DNA of 55,825 nucleotides from assembly GCA_964448455.1 (NCBI GenBank), contig CAYUWQ010000001.1:1-55825 (forward strand), read 5' to 3'. The notes under the pieces are model-generated. The model did no database searches and had not been told where the DNA came from. It was given only the letters and a program-made list of their open reading frames with translations. Origin of the DNA: an uncultured Eubacteriales bacterium. GTDB taxonomy: Bacteria > Bacillota > Clostridia > Oscillospirales > Acutalibacteraceae. Numbering within the stretch: position 1 is the first letter of the stretch; the number at the start of each line of letters is the position of its first letter. Below are positions 1 to 8,726 of this stretch, one piece after another. Made by a program: the position numbers and the translations under genes.

Positions 1-362
1 GAATCGCAAACCGGCTGCTCAAACGGGCAAGAGATTTTGCTCAGGTAATCGGGGACGGCGTTATTTCGCACGACAGCGCGAAGCATGCGCTGGACAGGAT
101 GGAAATTGACGCGCTCGGGCTTGACTCAATAGACCGTCTGATTCTAACTTCTATGATAAAAAACTATAATGGCGGGCCTGTCGGGCTTGATACCATTGCT
201 GCCGCCATCGGTGAGGAATCCATTACAATCGAAGATGTGTATGAACCCTATCTTATGCAGGTTGGGTTTTTAAGCCGTACCCCCCGCGGCAGGATGGTTA
301 CGCCCGCTGGTTACGCGCATGTGGGTATTCCGATGAGCGGGCAGCAGCGGCTCGATGTCTGA
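1..362 (+). CDS. ruvB: Holliday junction branch-migration helicase RuvB, C-terminal fragment (5' end lies outside the window)
   Basis: Frame 3 is open from the window edge. The translation [15 protein letters not shown]...[10 protein letters not shown]...[39 protein letters not shown] matches the conserved RuvB C-terminal winged-helix region. Stop is TGA at 360-362. Confidence 0.9.
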   Translation, partial: IANRLLKRARDFAQVIGDGVISHDSAKHALDRMEIDALGLDSIDRLILTSMIKNYNGGPVGLDTIAAAIGEESITIEDVYEPYLMQVGFLSRTPRGRMVTPAGYAHVGIPMSGQQRLDV

Positions 363-404
363 ACACACAACACACAACGACTCAATGATGAAAGGCAGAT
401 ATTA

Positions 405-1754
405 ATGGGCAGATTATTTGGTACAGACGGCGTGCGCGGTGTCGCGAACAGTGAGCTGACATGTGAATTGGCGATGAAAATAGGCCGCGCCGCGGCAATG
501 GTTTTAACGGAAGAAGTCAGCGCAAGGCCCAAAGTGCTTATCGGAATGGATACAAGAATATCCTCGGATATGCTTGAATCGGCGATTTCGGCCGGTCTTT
601 GCTCTGTGGGTGTGGATGTTTTGCTTTTGGGTATGGTCCCGACGCCGGCTGTCGCGTTTCTTGTAAAAAAGTACGGGTATGACGCGGGCATTATGATATC
701 GGCGTCGCACAACCCTTGCGAGTATAACGGCATTAAGATATTTCAAGCGGACGGATATAAGCTGCCGGATGCTTTGGAAGAGAGAATTGAGAAGATCATT
801 CTTGACGATACCGCGATTCCTCCGGTAATCATCGGTGCGGATGTCGGCAGAATATTCACATCCGAAATGCCTATTTTTGACTATATCGAACATATTGCGT
901 CAACGGTCGACATAACTTTTGAAGGCATGAAAATAGCGCTCGACTGCGCGAACGGTTCGGCTTCGATCACGGCGCCCGAACTGTTTATGCGCCTTGGCGC
1001 CGAATGCGGCGTCATTTGCGCAGAACCGGATGGCACAAATATCAATGAGGACTGCGGTTCGACCAACCTGGACGCGCTGAAAAAATATGTTATTAAAAAC
1101 AAGTATATGGCCGGGTTTGCGTTTGACGGCGATGCGGACAGACTCCTTGCGGTTGATGAAAACGGCGATACTGTCGACGGAGATAAAATCATCGCCATAT
1201 GTGCCGAAGGCCTGAAAAACAACGGTAAACTGCACGATGACACCGCGGTTGTCACCGTTATGAGCAATATGGGCTTTTACAAATTCTGCAGCGAACGAGG
1301 TATTCATTACGAAACAACCAAGGTGGGTGACCGCTATGTGCTGGAAAGAATGCTTGAAAAAGGCTATAACATCGGCGGTGAACAGTCGGGTCATGTAATT
1401 TTTCTTGACTATGCCACCACCGGAGACGGCCAGCTGACTGCGCTTAAACTCCTTGAAGTTATGAAAGCAACGGGCAAAAGCCTGGCACAGCTGGCAGCAA
1501 GTATGCAGGTCTACCCCCAGGTGATGGTTAATGTCAAAGTGTCTAATCTCGGGAAAGTCCGCTATTCGTCCGATGAGGAGATTAAGAAAGCCATATTCGA
1601 AGCGGAGCAGGAATTAAACGGCGACGGACGGGTTCTGGTTCGCGTTTCAGGCACGGAGCCGCTTGTCCGTGTGATGCTGGAAGGCAAAGACAAACAGCTC
1701 ATTACAAAACTTGCGGAAGAAATTGCCGAAGTTGTACGGGAAAGACTGATATAG
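405..1754 (+). CDS. glmM: Phosphoglucosamine mutase
   Basis: 449 aa. N-terminus is MGRLFGTDGVRGVAN. The active-site serine loop is ISASHNPCEYNGIKIF, the Mg site is FDGDADR and the sugar loop is GGEQSGH. Confidence 0.95.
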   Translation: MGRLFGTDGVRGVANSELTCELAMKIGRAAAMVLTEEVSARPKVLIGMDTRISSDMLESAISAGLCSVGVDVLLLGMVPTPAVAFLVKKYGYDAGIMISASHNPCEYNGIKIFQADGYKLPDALEERIEKIILDDTAIPPVIIGADVGRIFTSEMPIFDYIEHIASTVDITFEGMKIALDCANGSASITAPELFMRLGAECGVICAEPDGTNINEDCGSTNLDALKKYVIKNKYMAGFAFDGDADRLLAVDENGDTVDGDKIIAICAEGLKNNGKLHDDTAVVTVMSNMGFYKFCSERGIHYETTKVGDRYVLERMLEKGYNIGGEQSGHVIFLDYATTGDGQLTALKLLEVMKATGKSLAQLAASMQVYPQVMVNVKVSNLGKVRYSSDEEIKKAIFEAEQELNGDGRVLVRVSGTEPLVRVMLEGKDKQLITKLAEEIAEVVRERLI

Positions 1755-1782
1755 ACGACTATTTGTTATTGGACGGTGTGCG

Positions 1783-2649
1783 ATGAGGGTTGCCTGCGGT
1801 TGGGAGGATTACGAACTGCTCGACTGTTCCGACGGGGAACGGCTGGAACGGTGGGGGCGTGTTATCCTAATTCGTCCAGATCCCCAGGTGATTTGGAAGA
1901 CCGAAAGAAAGCATGTGTTGTGGGATGATCCCCATGCCAAATATCTTCGCTCATCCTCCGGCGGCGGCAACTGGGATTTTTACAAAAAAACGCCGGATTC
2001 CTGGCGAATTGCCTATCAAGATTATACTTTTTCTATAAAAACAACGGGGTTTAAGCATACCGGTATCTTTCCGGAACAGGCAGTCAATTGGACGCTGCTG
2101 TCGGATGTGATAAAAAATGCCGGCCGGCCGGTGAATGTGCTGAACCTTTTTGCCTATACAGGGGCGGCTACGGTCGCATGTTTAAAAGCGGGCGCCCAAA
2201 CGGTGCATGTGGACGCGGCAAAGGGCATGGTTGCCTGGGCAAAAGAAAACGCGGCGGCATCCTCGGCAGCGGAACAATCGGTTCGCTGGATAGTGGACGA
2301 CTGCGCCAAGTTTGTTCAGCGGGAAATCCGGCGCGGCAACAGGTATGACATTATTACAATGGATCCCCCCTCGTACGGAAGAGGCCCCGGCGGGGAGATT
2401 TGGAAACTTGAAGATGAAATATTCCGGCTGGTTAAGCTTTGCAGGGATCTCCTGCATGAAAAATCGTTGATGCTGATGATCAATTCCTACACCGCGGGTC
2501 TTTCGCCCTCCGTCATGCAATATATCCTGGGCGCCTCGGTGGTCCCGCAACTGGGCGGTACCGTAACGGCGGAGGAAATAGGGCTGCCGGTGTCGTCAAC
2601 GGGTTTGGTATTGCCTTGCGGCGCCACATCAATATGGAGAAATGTATAA
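1783..2649 (+). CDS. Class I SAM-dependent methyltransferase (RlmI/RlmK-like catalytic domain family)
   Basis: 288 aa. LNLFAYTGAATVACLKAGA is a SAM-binding motif I, followed by VHVDAAK and YDIITMDPPSYGRG (motif IV). The stop overlaps the next start (TAATG). Confidence 0.75.
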   Translation: MRVACGWEDYELLDCSDGERLERWGRVILIRPDPQVIWKTERKHVLWDDPHAKYLRSSSGGGNWDFYKKTPDSWRIAYQDYTFSIKTTGFKHTGIFPEQAVNWTLLSDVIKNAGRPVNVLNLFAYTGAATVACLKAGAQTVHVDAAKGMVAWAKENAAASSAAEQSVRWIVDDCAKFVQREIRRGNRYDIITMDPPSYGRGPGGEIWKLEDEIFRLVKLCRDLLHEKSLMLMINSYTAGLSPSVMQYILGASVVPQLGGTVTAEEIGLPVSSTGLVLPCGATSIWRNV

Positions 2650-3497
2650 TGAACGAACCTGTAATCCAGTTTGAAAATGTTTGTTTCACTTATGAAACAG
2701 AAGATAACAATTTGCACCACGCGGTGAACAACATTAATATTGATATTCATAAAGGTGAGTTTGTTGCTGTCTTGGGGCACAACGGTTCCGGTAAATCAAC
2801 ACTTGCCAAACTGACCAATGCCATTTTAACACCGGGAAAAGGGCGAGTGCTTGTTAACGGAATGGATACTTCGGATGAAAAACTGATCAACAAAATCCGG
2901 CAGACCGTCGGTATGGTATTTCAAAATCCGGACAACCAAATCGTTGCAACCATAGTCGAAGACGATGTCGCTTTCGGCCCGGAAAACCTCGGCGTTCCGC
3001 CCGCGGAAATTCGCGAACGCGTGGACAGCGCGCTCAGGGAAGTCGGTATGTATGAATACAGAAACCGGGAACCGCACAAGCTTTCCGGCGGGCAGAAACA
3101 GCGCGTAGCGATCGCCGGCATATTAGCCATGCGCACGGCTTGCATGGTGCTTGACGAGCCTACCGCCATGCTGGACCCGCGCGGGAGAGCGGAGGTCATC
3201 AAAACCGTTATGCGCCTGAACAGAGAACTTGGTATTACAGTGTTGTACATCACCCATTTTATGGATGAAGCCGTAAGGGCGGACAGGGTTTTGGTGATGA
3301 ATAACGGCGAAATTATTCTTGACAGCAACCCGCGGGAAGCATTTACCCGCGTTGAACTGATAAAATCTGTTGGGCTTGATGTTCCGCAAGCGTCGGAATT
3401 GTGTTATAAACTGAGGCTCGACGGTATTGAACTGCCTGAGGACATTCTCAATGAAGAGGAATGCATAGACGCTTTGGTAAAAGCGGCGGAGGGATAA
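2649..3497 (+). CDS. ecfA: Energy-coupling factor (ECF) transporter ATPase, first copy
   Basis: I moved the start to ATG 2649, which has GGAGA 8 nt upstream; the ATG at 2616 lies inside the previous gene. Walker A is GHNGSGKST, the signature is LSGGQKQR and Walker B is MVLDEPTAMLD. It is the first of two tandem ATPases followed by ecfT. Confidence 0.9.
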   Translation: MNEPVIQFENVCFTYETEDNNLHHAVNNINIDIHKGEFVAVLGHNGSGKSTLAKLTNAILTPGKGRVLVNGMDTSDEKLINKIRQTVGMVFQNPDNQIVATIVEDDVAFGPENLGVPPAEIRERVDSALREVGMYEYRNREPHKLSGGQKQRVAIAGILAMRTACMVLDEPTAMLDPRGRAEVIKTVMRLNRELGITVLYITHFMDEAVRADRVLVMNNGEIILDSNPREAFTRVELIKSVGLDVPQASELCYKLRLDGIELPEDILNEEECIDALVKAAEG

Positions 3498-3501
3498 ATT
3501 A

Positions 3502-4365
3502 ATGCCCGTTATTTCCACCCGCGGTTTGACTCATCTATACAGCAAAGGCACCCCTTTTGAAGTCGCCGCAATAAAAGACATCAGTATTGATATCGAAAAA
3601 GGCGAGCTCGTTGGCATCATTGGCCATACGGGCTCAGGTAAAAGTACACTGATCCAGCATCTTAACGGCATCTTAAAACCCGAACAAGGTACGGTCTTGC
3701 TCAACGGCAAAGACATTTGGGCCAGCAAGCAGAGCATCCGGGAAGCGCGGTTTCAGGTCGGGTTGTGCTTCCAGTATCCGGAATATCAGTTGTTTGAAGA
3801 AACCGTCTACAAAGACATTGCTTTCGGTCCCAAGAACATGAAGCTCGGCGAAGATGAAGTTGACCGCAGGGTTCGGGCGGCGGCGGAGTATGTGGGTCTG
3901 AAAGAAGAACTTTTGCAAAAATCACCTTTTGATCTTTCCGGCGGGGAAAAGAGGCGGGCGGCTATCGCGGGTGTGATGGCCATGGAACCTGCCGTACTGA
4001 TTTTGGACGAACCTACAGCGGGGCTGGACCCGCGCGGCAGTGACAAGATCCTTGATTTAATTAAAAACTACCGTGACAATACCGGCAGCACGGTTTTGCT
4101 CGTTTCCCACTGTATGGAGGATATCGCCCGGCTGGCGTCCAGGGTGCTTGTGCTGGAAAACGCTTCGGTCGCCATGTTCGGCTCGGTGCGTGAAGTGTAT
4201 TCAAGGGGTTCGGAATTGTTCGGCATGGGTTTGAATGTGCCGCAGGTAACGCGGATTTTTGAAGGTCTGCGCGACCGGGGTCTGAATGTATCAACCGGCA
4301 TTTTTACGGTTGAACAGGGGCGACAGGAATTGCTTCGTTTCTTCGGGAAGGGGGCGAAAGCATGA
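3502..4365 (+). CDS. ecfA: Energy-coupling factor (ECF) transporter ATPase, second copy
   Basis: Walker A is GHTGSGKST, the signature is LSGGEKRR and Walker B is LILDEPTAGLD. It has an ATGA overlap with ecfT. Confidence 0.9.
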   Translation: MPVISTRGLTHLYSKGTPFEVAAIKDISIDIEKGELVGIIGHTGSGKSTLIQHLNGILKPEQGTVLLNGKDIWASKQSIREARFQVGLCFQYPEYQLFEETVYKDIAFGPKNMKLGEDEVDRRVRAAAEYVGLKEELLQKSPFDLSGGEKRRAAIAGVMAMEPAVLILDEPTAGLDPRGSDKILDLIKNYRDNTGSTVLLVSHCMEDIARLASRVLVLENASVAMFGSVREVYSRGSELFGMGLNVPQVTRIFEGLRDRGLNVSTGIFTVEQGRQELLRFFGKGAKA

Positions 4366-5180
4366 TCAAAGATATTACAATCGGTCAATATTTTCCGGGC
4401 CGGTCAATTCTTCACCGCATGGACGCCCGGATGAAGATTGTCCTGACCTTCGTGATTATTGTACTGATATTTTTGTGTAAAAGTTTTTTTTCAATGGGCT
4501 TAATGGTAGCTTTTGTTATTGCGCTTGTTTTTGCTTCAAGGGTTCCCTTGAAAACGGTTTTAAAGAGCCTGAAACCAATATTTTTCATTGTCATCTTTAC
4601 CGCGGTGCTGAATATATTTTATACAACCGGCGGCGCGTGGACAATCAGTATTTGGGTGTTTAAAATCAGCGAAAAAGGTGTTTTTACCGCGCTGTTCATG
4701 GCTGTCAGAATCATTTGCCTTGTCGTTGTCAGCTCGTTGTTAACCTATACGACAACGCCCACCGGTCTGACGGACGCGCTCGAACGCCTGCTTTCGCCGC
4801 TGAAGATTTTTAAAATCGAAGTCCACACCATCGCGATGATGATGACGCTGGCACTGCGCTTTATACCCACGCTCATAGAAGAGATTGACCGCATTATGAG
4901 CGCGCAGAAGGCAAGGGGTGCTGATTGGGAAAGCGGCTCGCTGCTCAGCCGCGCCAAAGCACTGGTGCCTGTGCTGGTTCCTCTTTTTGTCTCGTCCTTC
5001 CGCCGTGCTTATGAGCTTGCCTTCGCGATGGAATGCCGCTGTTACACCGGGGGGAAAGGACGCACCAGGATGAAGCAAATGAAACTCCGCGTCATTGACT
5101 TCGTATCAATGACGGTAACCGCCGTATTACTCGCCGGTGTTATTGTGCTGAACCTGTATTTTGACAAGGTGATAGCATGA
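4362..5180 (+). CDS. ecfT: ECF transporter transmembrane (T) component
   Basis: 272-aa polytopic membrane protein placed directly after the two ECF ATPases. It carries the conserved coupling helices with Ala-Arg-Gly type motifs (TLALRFIPTL, SAQKARGAD). It has an ATGA overlap with truA. Confidence 0.9.
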   Translation: MIKDITIGQYFPGRSILHRMDARMKIVLTFVIIVLIFLCKSFFSMGLMVAFVIALVFASRVPLKTVLKSLKPIFFIVIFTAVLNIFYTTGGAWTISIWVFKISEKGVFTALFMAVRIICLVVVSSLLTYTTTPTGLTDALERLLSPLKIFKIEVHTIAMMMTLALRFIPTLIEEIDRIMSAQKARGADWESGSLLSRAKALVPVLVPLFVSSFRRAYELAFAMECRCYTGGKGRTRMKQMKLRVIDFVSMTVTAVLLAGVIVLNLYFDKVIA

Positions 5181-5929
5181 GAAACATTTTATTCACCATT
5201 GCTTATGACGGCACTGCCTATCACGGCTGGCAGGTGCAGGTAAACGGAGTCTCTGTACAGCAAACGATACAGGACGCGCTGGAAAAAGTTGTCGGCGCGC
5301 GTGAAAACATTATCGGGTGCTCCCGCACAGATGCCGGTGTGCATGCAAACATGTACTGTTTTAATATGAGGACGGGGACCGCGCTTGCCTGCGGCCGACT
5401 TGCCGGCGCGCTGAACGCGCATCTTCCGTTTGACATTTCGGTACTTTCCTGCCAGGAGGTTTTCTATGAATTTCATGCGCGCTACCACTGTGTGTCAAAA
5501 GAGTATATTTACAAAATATGGAACTCGCCGGTTAGAAACCCGTTTCAAAACGGCTATAGTTTGCACTATAAATATCCGCTTGACGAAAAAGCGATTGAAC
5601 ACGAAGCTGAGTCATTTTTAGGCAGTCATGACTTTGCGAGCTTTTGTTCCGCGCACAGTAAGATAAAGAGCACGGTGCGCAATGTTAGCGCGGTTACTGT
5701 CAGCCGGCGCGGTGACGAGTTGCTCTTTTCCGTTGAAGCGGATGGATTTTTGTATAACATGGTCCGCATTATGGTTGGGACACTGCTCAGGATTGAGCAG
5801 GGTAAAATCGAACGGGGCGCTATTCCCGCGATACTTGCCGCAGGGGACCGTTCGCGTGCCGGGATTACGGCGCCTGCCCACGGTCTGTATCTAAACAAGG
5901 TCAACTATCCCTCCGAAATAATCGGATAA
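5177..5929 (+). CDS. truA: tRNA pseudouridine(38-40) synthase
   Basis: 250 aa. YDGTAYHGWQ is present, along with the catalytic Asp motif CSRTDAGVHA and GFLYNMVRIMVGTL. The ecfAA'T-truA order is the classical Firmicute arrangement. Confidence 0.95.
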   Translation: MRNILFTIAYDGTAYHGWQVQVNGVSVQQTIQDALEKVVGARENIIGCSRTDAGVHANMYCFNMRTGTALACGRLAGALNAHLPFDISVLSCQEVFYEFHARYHCVSKEYIYKIWNSPVRNPFQNGYSLHYKYPLDEKAIEHEAESFLGSHDFASFCSAHSKIKSTVRNVSAVTVSRRGDELLFSVEADGFLYNMVRIMVGTLLRIEQGKIERGAIPAILAAGDRSRAGITAPAHGLYLNKVNYPSEIIG

Positions 5930-5983
5930 CCGTTCAAAATGAACATTTTCCCAAATCCCGATTGACGCAAGGAGCGTGAAAGC

Positions 5984-7240
5984 ATGTCAGACAGAAAAAA
6001 AGCCGCTAAAACAAAACCCTTTAAAAAAGCAAAAAGCGCTTCCGATAGAATGCAGGAGAAATCATCTGCTGCACCGCCAAACAAACACCCGGCAAGGAAA
6101 AGCGGTAAAAAGAGACTTGCATTTCTGATTTTTATCGTGCTGGTAGTTGCCGCGGGCGGTGTGACCGCCGCTGCTAAATTCGGCGGAACAACTTTTACAG
6201 GCATTTCCGCGGATATAAAGGGTTTCTTTTCAAGCTTCGGCAACGGTGGGGGATACCCATACAATTTGTCCGATTCCACTATCATTTCCGCGGGAAAAAT
6301 CGGGTCGGGGATTATGGTCTTAGACAATGATTCACTGAGCATTTTGAACGCAACAGCGAAAGAAATTGCCGGGGTTCAGCATACTTTTCCGAACCCCGCG
6401 ACAAATACAAGCAACGGGCGCGTGGTGCTGTTTGACAGAGCCTCCGGCCGTTTTAAGGTTATCAGTCCATCCGGTATACTTTTTGAAAAAGATATGGAAC
6501 GCAACATCCTCGCCGCGGCGTTGGGTAAAAAGGGGAATGTGGCTGTTGCCGCAAAGTCGTTGAACGCGCAGAGCGATCTGACAGTATTTGACAAAAATAA
6601 AAAAGAAATATTTGCCTGGGAATGTGCAAACGAAAGGATTTCCGCCGTCGCGCTGTCCGCAAACGGCAAAAGTGCCGCAGCCGCGGTCATTGGCGCGAAC
6701 AATGCTGAAATCTATTCGAAAGTTTTTGTATTTGACTTTGACAAAAATGAACCCGTTGCGGTTTTTGATTATCCCGCGACAGCATTGATAGACCTTAAAT
6801 TCGGAAGCGGCAATACGCTTATCGCCGCCGGCGATAATTCGATCAGCGTCATATCACTCGATAGCGGCACAAAACAGGACTATTCCTTTGGTACGGGACA
6901 GCTCAACTGCTTATATGTTCACGAAAACGGCAAAACAGCTGTTGTGCTGTCCGCCTTCGGCAACGAGTTAAAAAACGATTTGAGGGTTTACAGCGCAAAG
7001 GGTGCGCTCATTTTCGAAAAGAGCTTTGATCAAGCCGTGCGGCGGGTTTCCTGCGATGAAAATTATGTCAGTATTCTGTTCGACAATGAGGTGCAGACTT
7101 TTAACGAAAAAGGCCGTCAAATGGGCAGCGTTACGGCGGACAAATACACCGAACGGATCATATCCGCCGGCAAAAACACCTATCTCATCGAAAAAAGTTC
7201 AATTGCCAAGCATTCCGCGGTAGGCATGAATAATTCGTAA
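5984..7240 (+). CDS. Hypothetical membrane-anchored protein (Lys-rich cytoplasmic tail, one TM helix, beta-rich repeat ectodomain)
   Basis: AAGGAG lies upstream of the ATG. The N-terminus MSDRKKAAKTKPFKKAK...KSGKKR is followed by the hydrophobic stretch LAFLIFIVLVVAAGGVTAAA. After that come about 340 aa of recurring short beta-strand-like segments. I recognise no catalytic motif. Confidence 0.6.
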   Translation: MSDRKKAAKTKPFKKAKSASDRMQEKSSAAPPNKHPARKSGKKRLAFLIFIVLVVAAGGVTAAAKFGGTTFTGISADIKGFFSSFGNGGGYPYNLSDSTIISAGKIGSGIMVLDNDSLSILNATAKEIAGVQHTFPNPATNTSNGRVVLFDRASGRFKVISPSGILFEKDMERNILAAALGKKGNVAVAAKSLNAQSDLTVFDKNKKEIFAWECANERISAVALSANGKSAAAAVIGANNAEIYSKVFVFDFDKNEPVAVFDYPATALIDLKFGSGNTLIAAGDNSISVISLDSGTKQDYSFGTGQLNCLYVHENGKTAVVLSAFGNELKNDLRVYSAKGALIFEKSFDQAVRRVSCDENYVSILFDNEVQTFNEKGRQMGSVTADKYTERIISAGKNTYLIEKSSIAKHSAVGMNNS

Positions 7241-7255
7241 ACAATTTTCAAAGTC

Positions 7256-7283
7256 TTTAATTATGCTGTGACTGTGGTATAAT
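7256..7283 (+). promoter_or_regulatory. Putative sigma-A promoter with extended -10 (TTTAAT, 16 nt spacer, TGgTATAAT)
   Basis: TATAAT is at 7278-7283 and is preceded by TG at 7275-7276. It lies 24 nt upstream of the cvpA-like start. Confidence 0.45.
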
Positions 7284-7306
7284 AATCCTGTAGGGAGGGT
7301 AAAAAT

Positions 7307-8014
7307 ATGGCGTATGTTGTGGATATTTTACTTTTGCTTGTGTTTGCCGGGATGGTGCTGGTTGGTGTCGTAAAAGGCTTTGTTAAGTCTGTACTCGGCA
7401 TGGTGGCCATCATGGCCGCATTTCTGATTGCCTATCAGTTGAGCCCGGTTCTGGCCCCTGCCGTATATGATACTTTTTTAAGTGAAAGAGTTTATGAAAC
7501 CATTGAAACAAAACTTGCCGATGCCCCCGGAGCGACTCAAGCCGCCGGCCAGGTTTCAGCCGTGCTTGCGTCCATACCCGAGTATGTAAAGAGTATTGCA
7601 TCCTCCATTGGAATTGATACCGCCGGCATTACCGATAAAGTCAACAGCTTGGATAATTCAAGCGCCGCTATCGCGAGAGAACTGGCGGATAATGTCGCAA
7701 AGCCGGTAATCACAGCCGTTACACAGGCTATTCTTTTTGTCCTGCTGCTTATCATTTCCTATATTTTACTCATGATCGTTGTCAAACTGATTGATAAATT
7801 CTTCAAACTGCCTGTTCTAAAAACAGCTAACAAAATATTGGGCGGGGCGTCAGGCGCCGTAAAGGGCGTAATACTTGTCTTTCTGCTTTGCGTTATTCTT
7901 GAAATATTTTTTGGCTCCGGCAACGATTCGTTTATGTCCGGCGCTGTCGAATCATCGAAGATCATTGAATTTGTTCGCGGCAACAATTTCGTAGCGGACA
8001 GATTTTCTGCCTGA
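7307..8014 (+). CDS. CvpA (colicin V production) family membrane protein
   Basis: The N-terminus VVDILLLLVFAGMVLVGVVKGFVKSVLGMVAIMAAFLIAYQL is typical of CvpA-family proteins. Several TM helices are present. Confidence 0.75.
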   Translation: MAYVVDILLLLVFAGMVLVGVVKGFVKSVLGMVAIMAAFLIAYQLSPVLAPAVYDTFLSERVYETIETKLADAPGATQAAGQVSAVLASIPEYVKSIASSIGIDTAGITDKVNSLDNSSAAIARELADNVAKPVITAVTQAILFVLLLIISYILLMIVVKLIDKFFKLPVLKTANKILGGASGAVKGVILVFLLCVILEIFFGSGNDSFMSGAVESSKIIEFVRGNNFVADRFSA

Positions 8015-8049
8015 GTTAAACGATTTTAACCTGAAAGGAAATTGTTTTC

Positions 8050-8694
8050 ATGAAAGATTTGTTCAAAGGGAGTCTCACGGTGCCGAATTTGCTGACGGTT
8101 GTCAGAATTATTTTAATTCCTGTTTTTGCAGTGCTGTTTTACAACGATCAACTGATTTGGGCTGTTTTTGTTCTGTTTTTGTCGGGACTTACTGATTTTT
8201 TAGACGGTAAAATCGCCAGGCGTTTCAATCAAATCAGTGAACTCGGTAAAATTCTTGACCCGATTGCGGACAAACTTACGCAGATCACAATCGCAGTGAT
8301 GCTCTTCTTCGAGTTCCGCGGCGCGGAAAGCGGCGTTTTAAGAGCATTCAGCTGGGTGTTTTTATTCTTCCTTTTCAAGGAAGGGGTCATGGTAATCGGC
8401 GGCGCGGTTATGCTCTCGAAAGGCATACGCCCCGGTGCCTCGGAGATATTGGGCAAAGTTGCCACTTTTGTGTTTTACGGCTCAATGCTGTTAATCATTG
8501 CCTTCGGTCCGGGTGTCGGCGCCTTTGTTGGCAACGCTGCGGATTCCGCCCTGGAACTGCCGAATTGGGCTGTAATGGGTTTAGTGATTGTCTCCGCGGC
8601 ATTGACACTCGCCGCGTTTTTAAGTTATATGCCTGAAACATTCCGCCAGTTTAAAGAACACGCGGCGGCAAAAAAAGCAAAGAACCCAAAATAA
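8050..8694 (+). CDS. CDP-alcohol phosphatidyltransferase family protein (PgsA-like)
   Basis: The family signature D-x2-D-G-x2-A-R-x8-G-x3-D-x3-D is seen as DFLDGKIARRFNQISELGKILDPIADK. It is a polytopic membrane protein of 214 aa. Confidence 0.8.
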   Translation: MKDLFKGSLTVPNLLTVVRIILIPVFAVLFYNDQLIWAVFVLFLSGLTDFLDGKIARRFNQISELGKILDPIADKLTQITIAVMLFFEFRGAESGVLRAFSWVFLFFLFKEGVMVIGGAVMLSKGIRPGASEILGKVATFVFYGSMLLIIAFGPGVGAFVGNAADSALELPNWAVMGLVIVSAALTLAAFLSYMPETFRQFKEHAAAKKAKNPK

Positions 8695-8726
8695 AGTGCC
8701 CGAAAAAATAAGGAGCAAGTTAAATC

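Noticed and set aside
2616-2648. Upstream-extended starts offered by the ORF track. The affected genes are ecfA1 at 2616, dapA at 30901, asd at 32026, the metallophosphoesterase at 34951, metA at 39742, the 2-hydroxyacid dehydrogenase at 42088, the GNAT at 47728, the EamA transporter at 52921, GDPD at 24436 and PI-PLC at 28045.
   Set aside because: In each case a downstream start has a proper Shine-Dalgarno at 6-10 nt and matches the family N-terminus. The extension overlaps the preceding gene or a promoter element.
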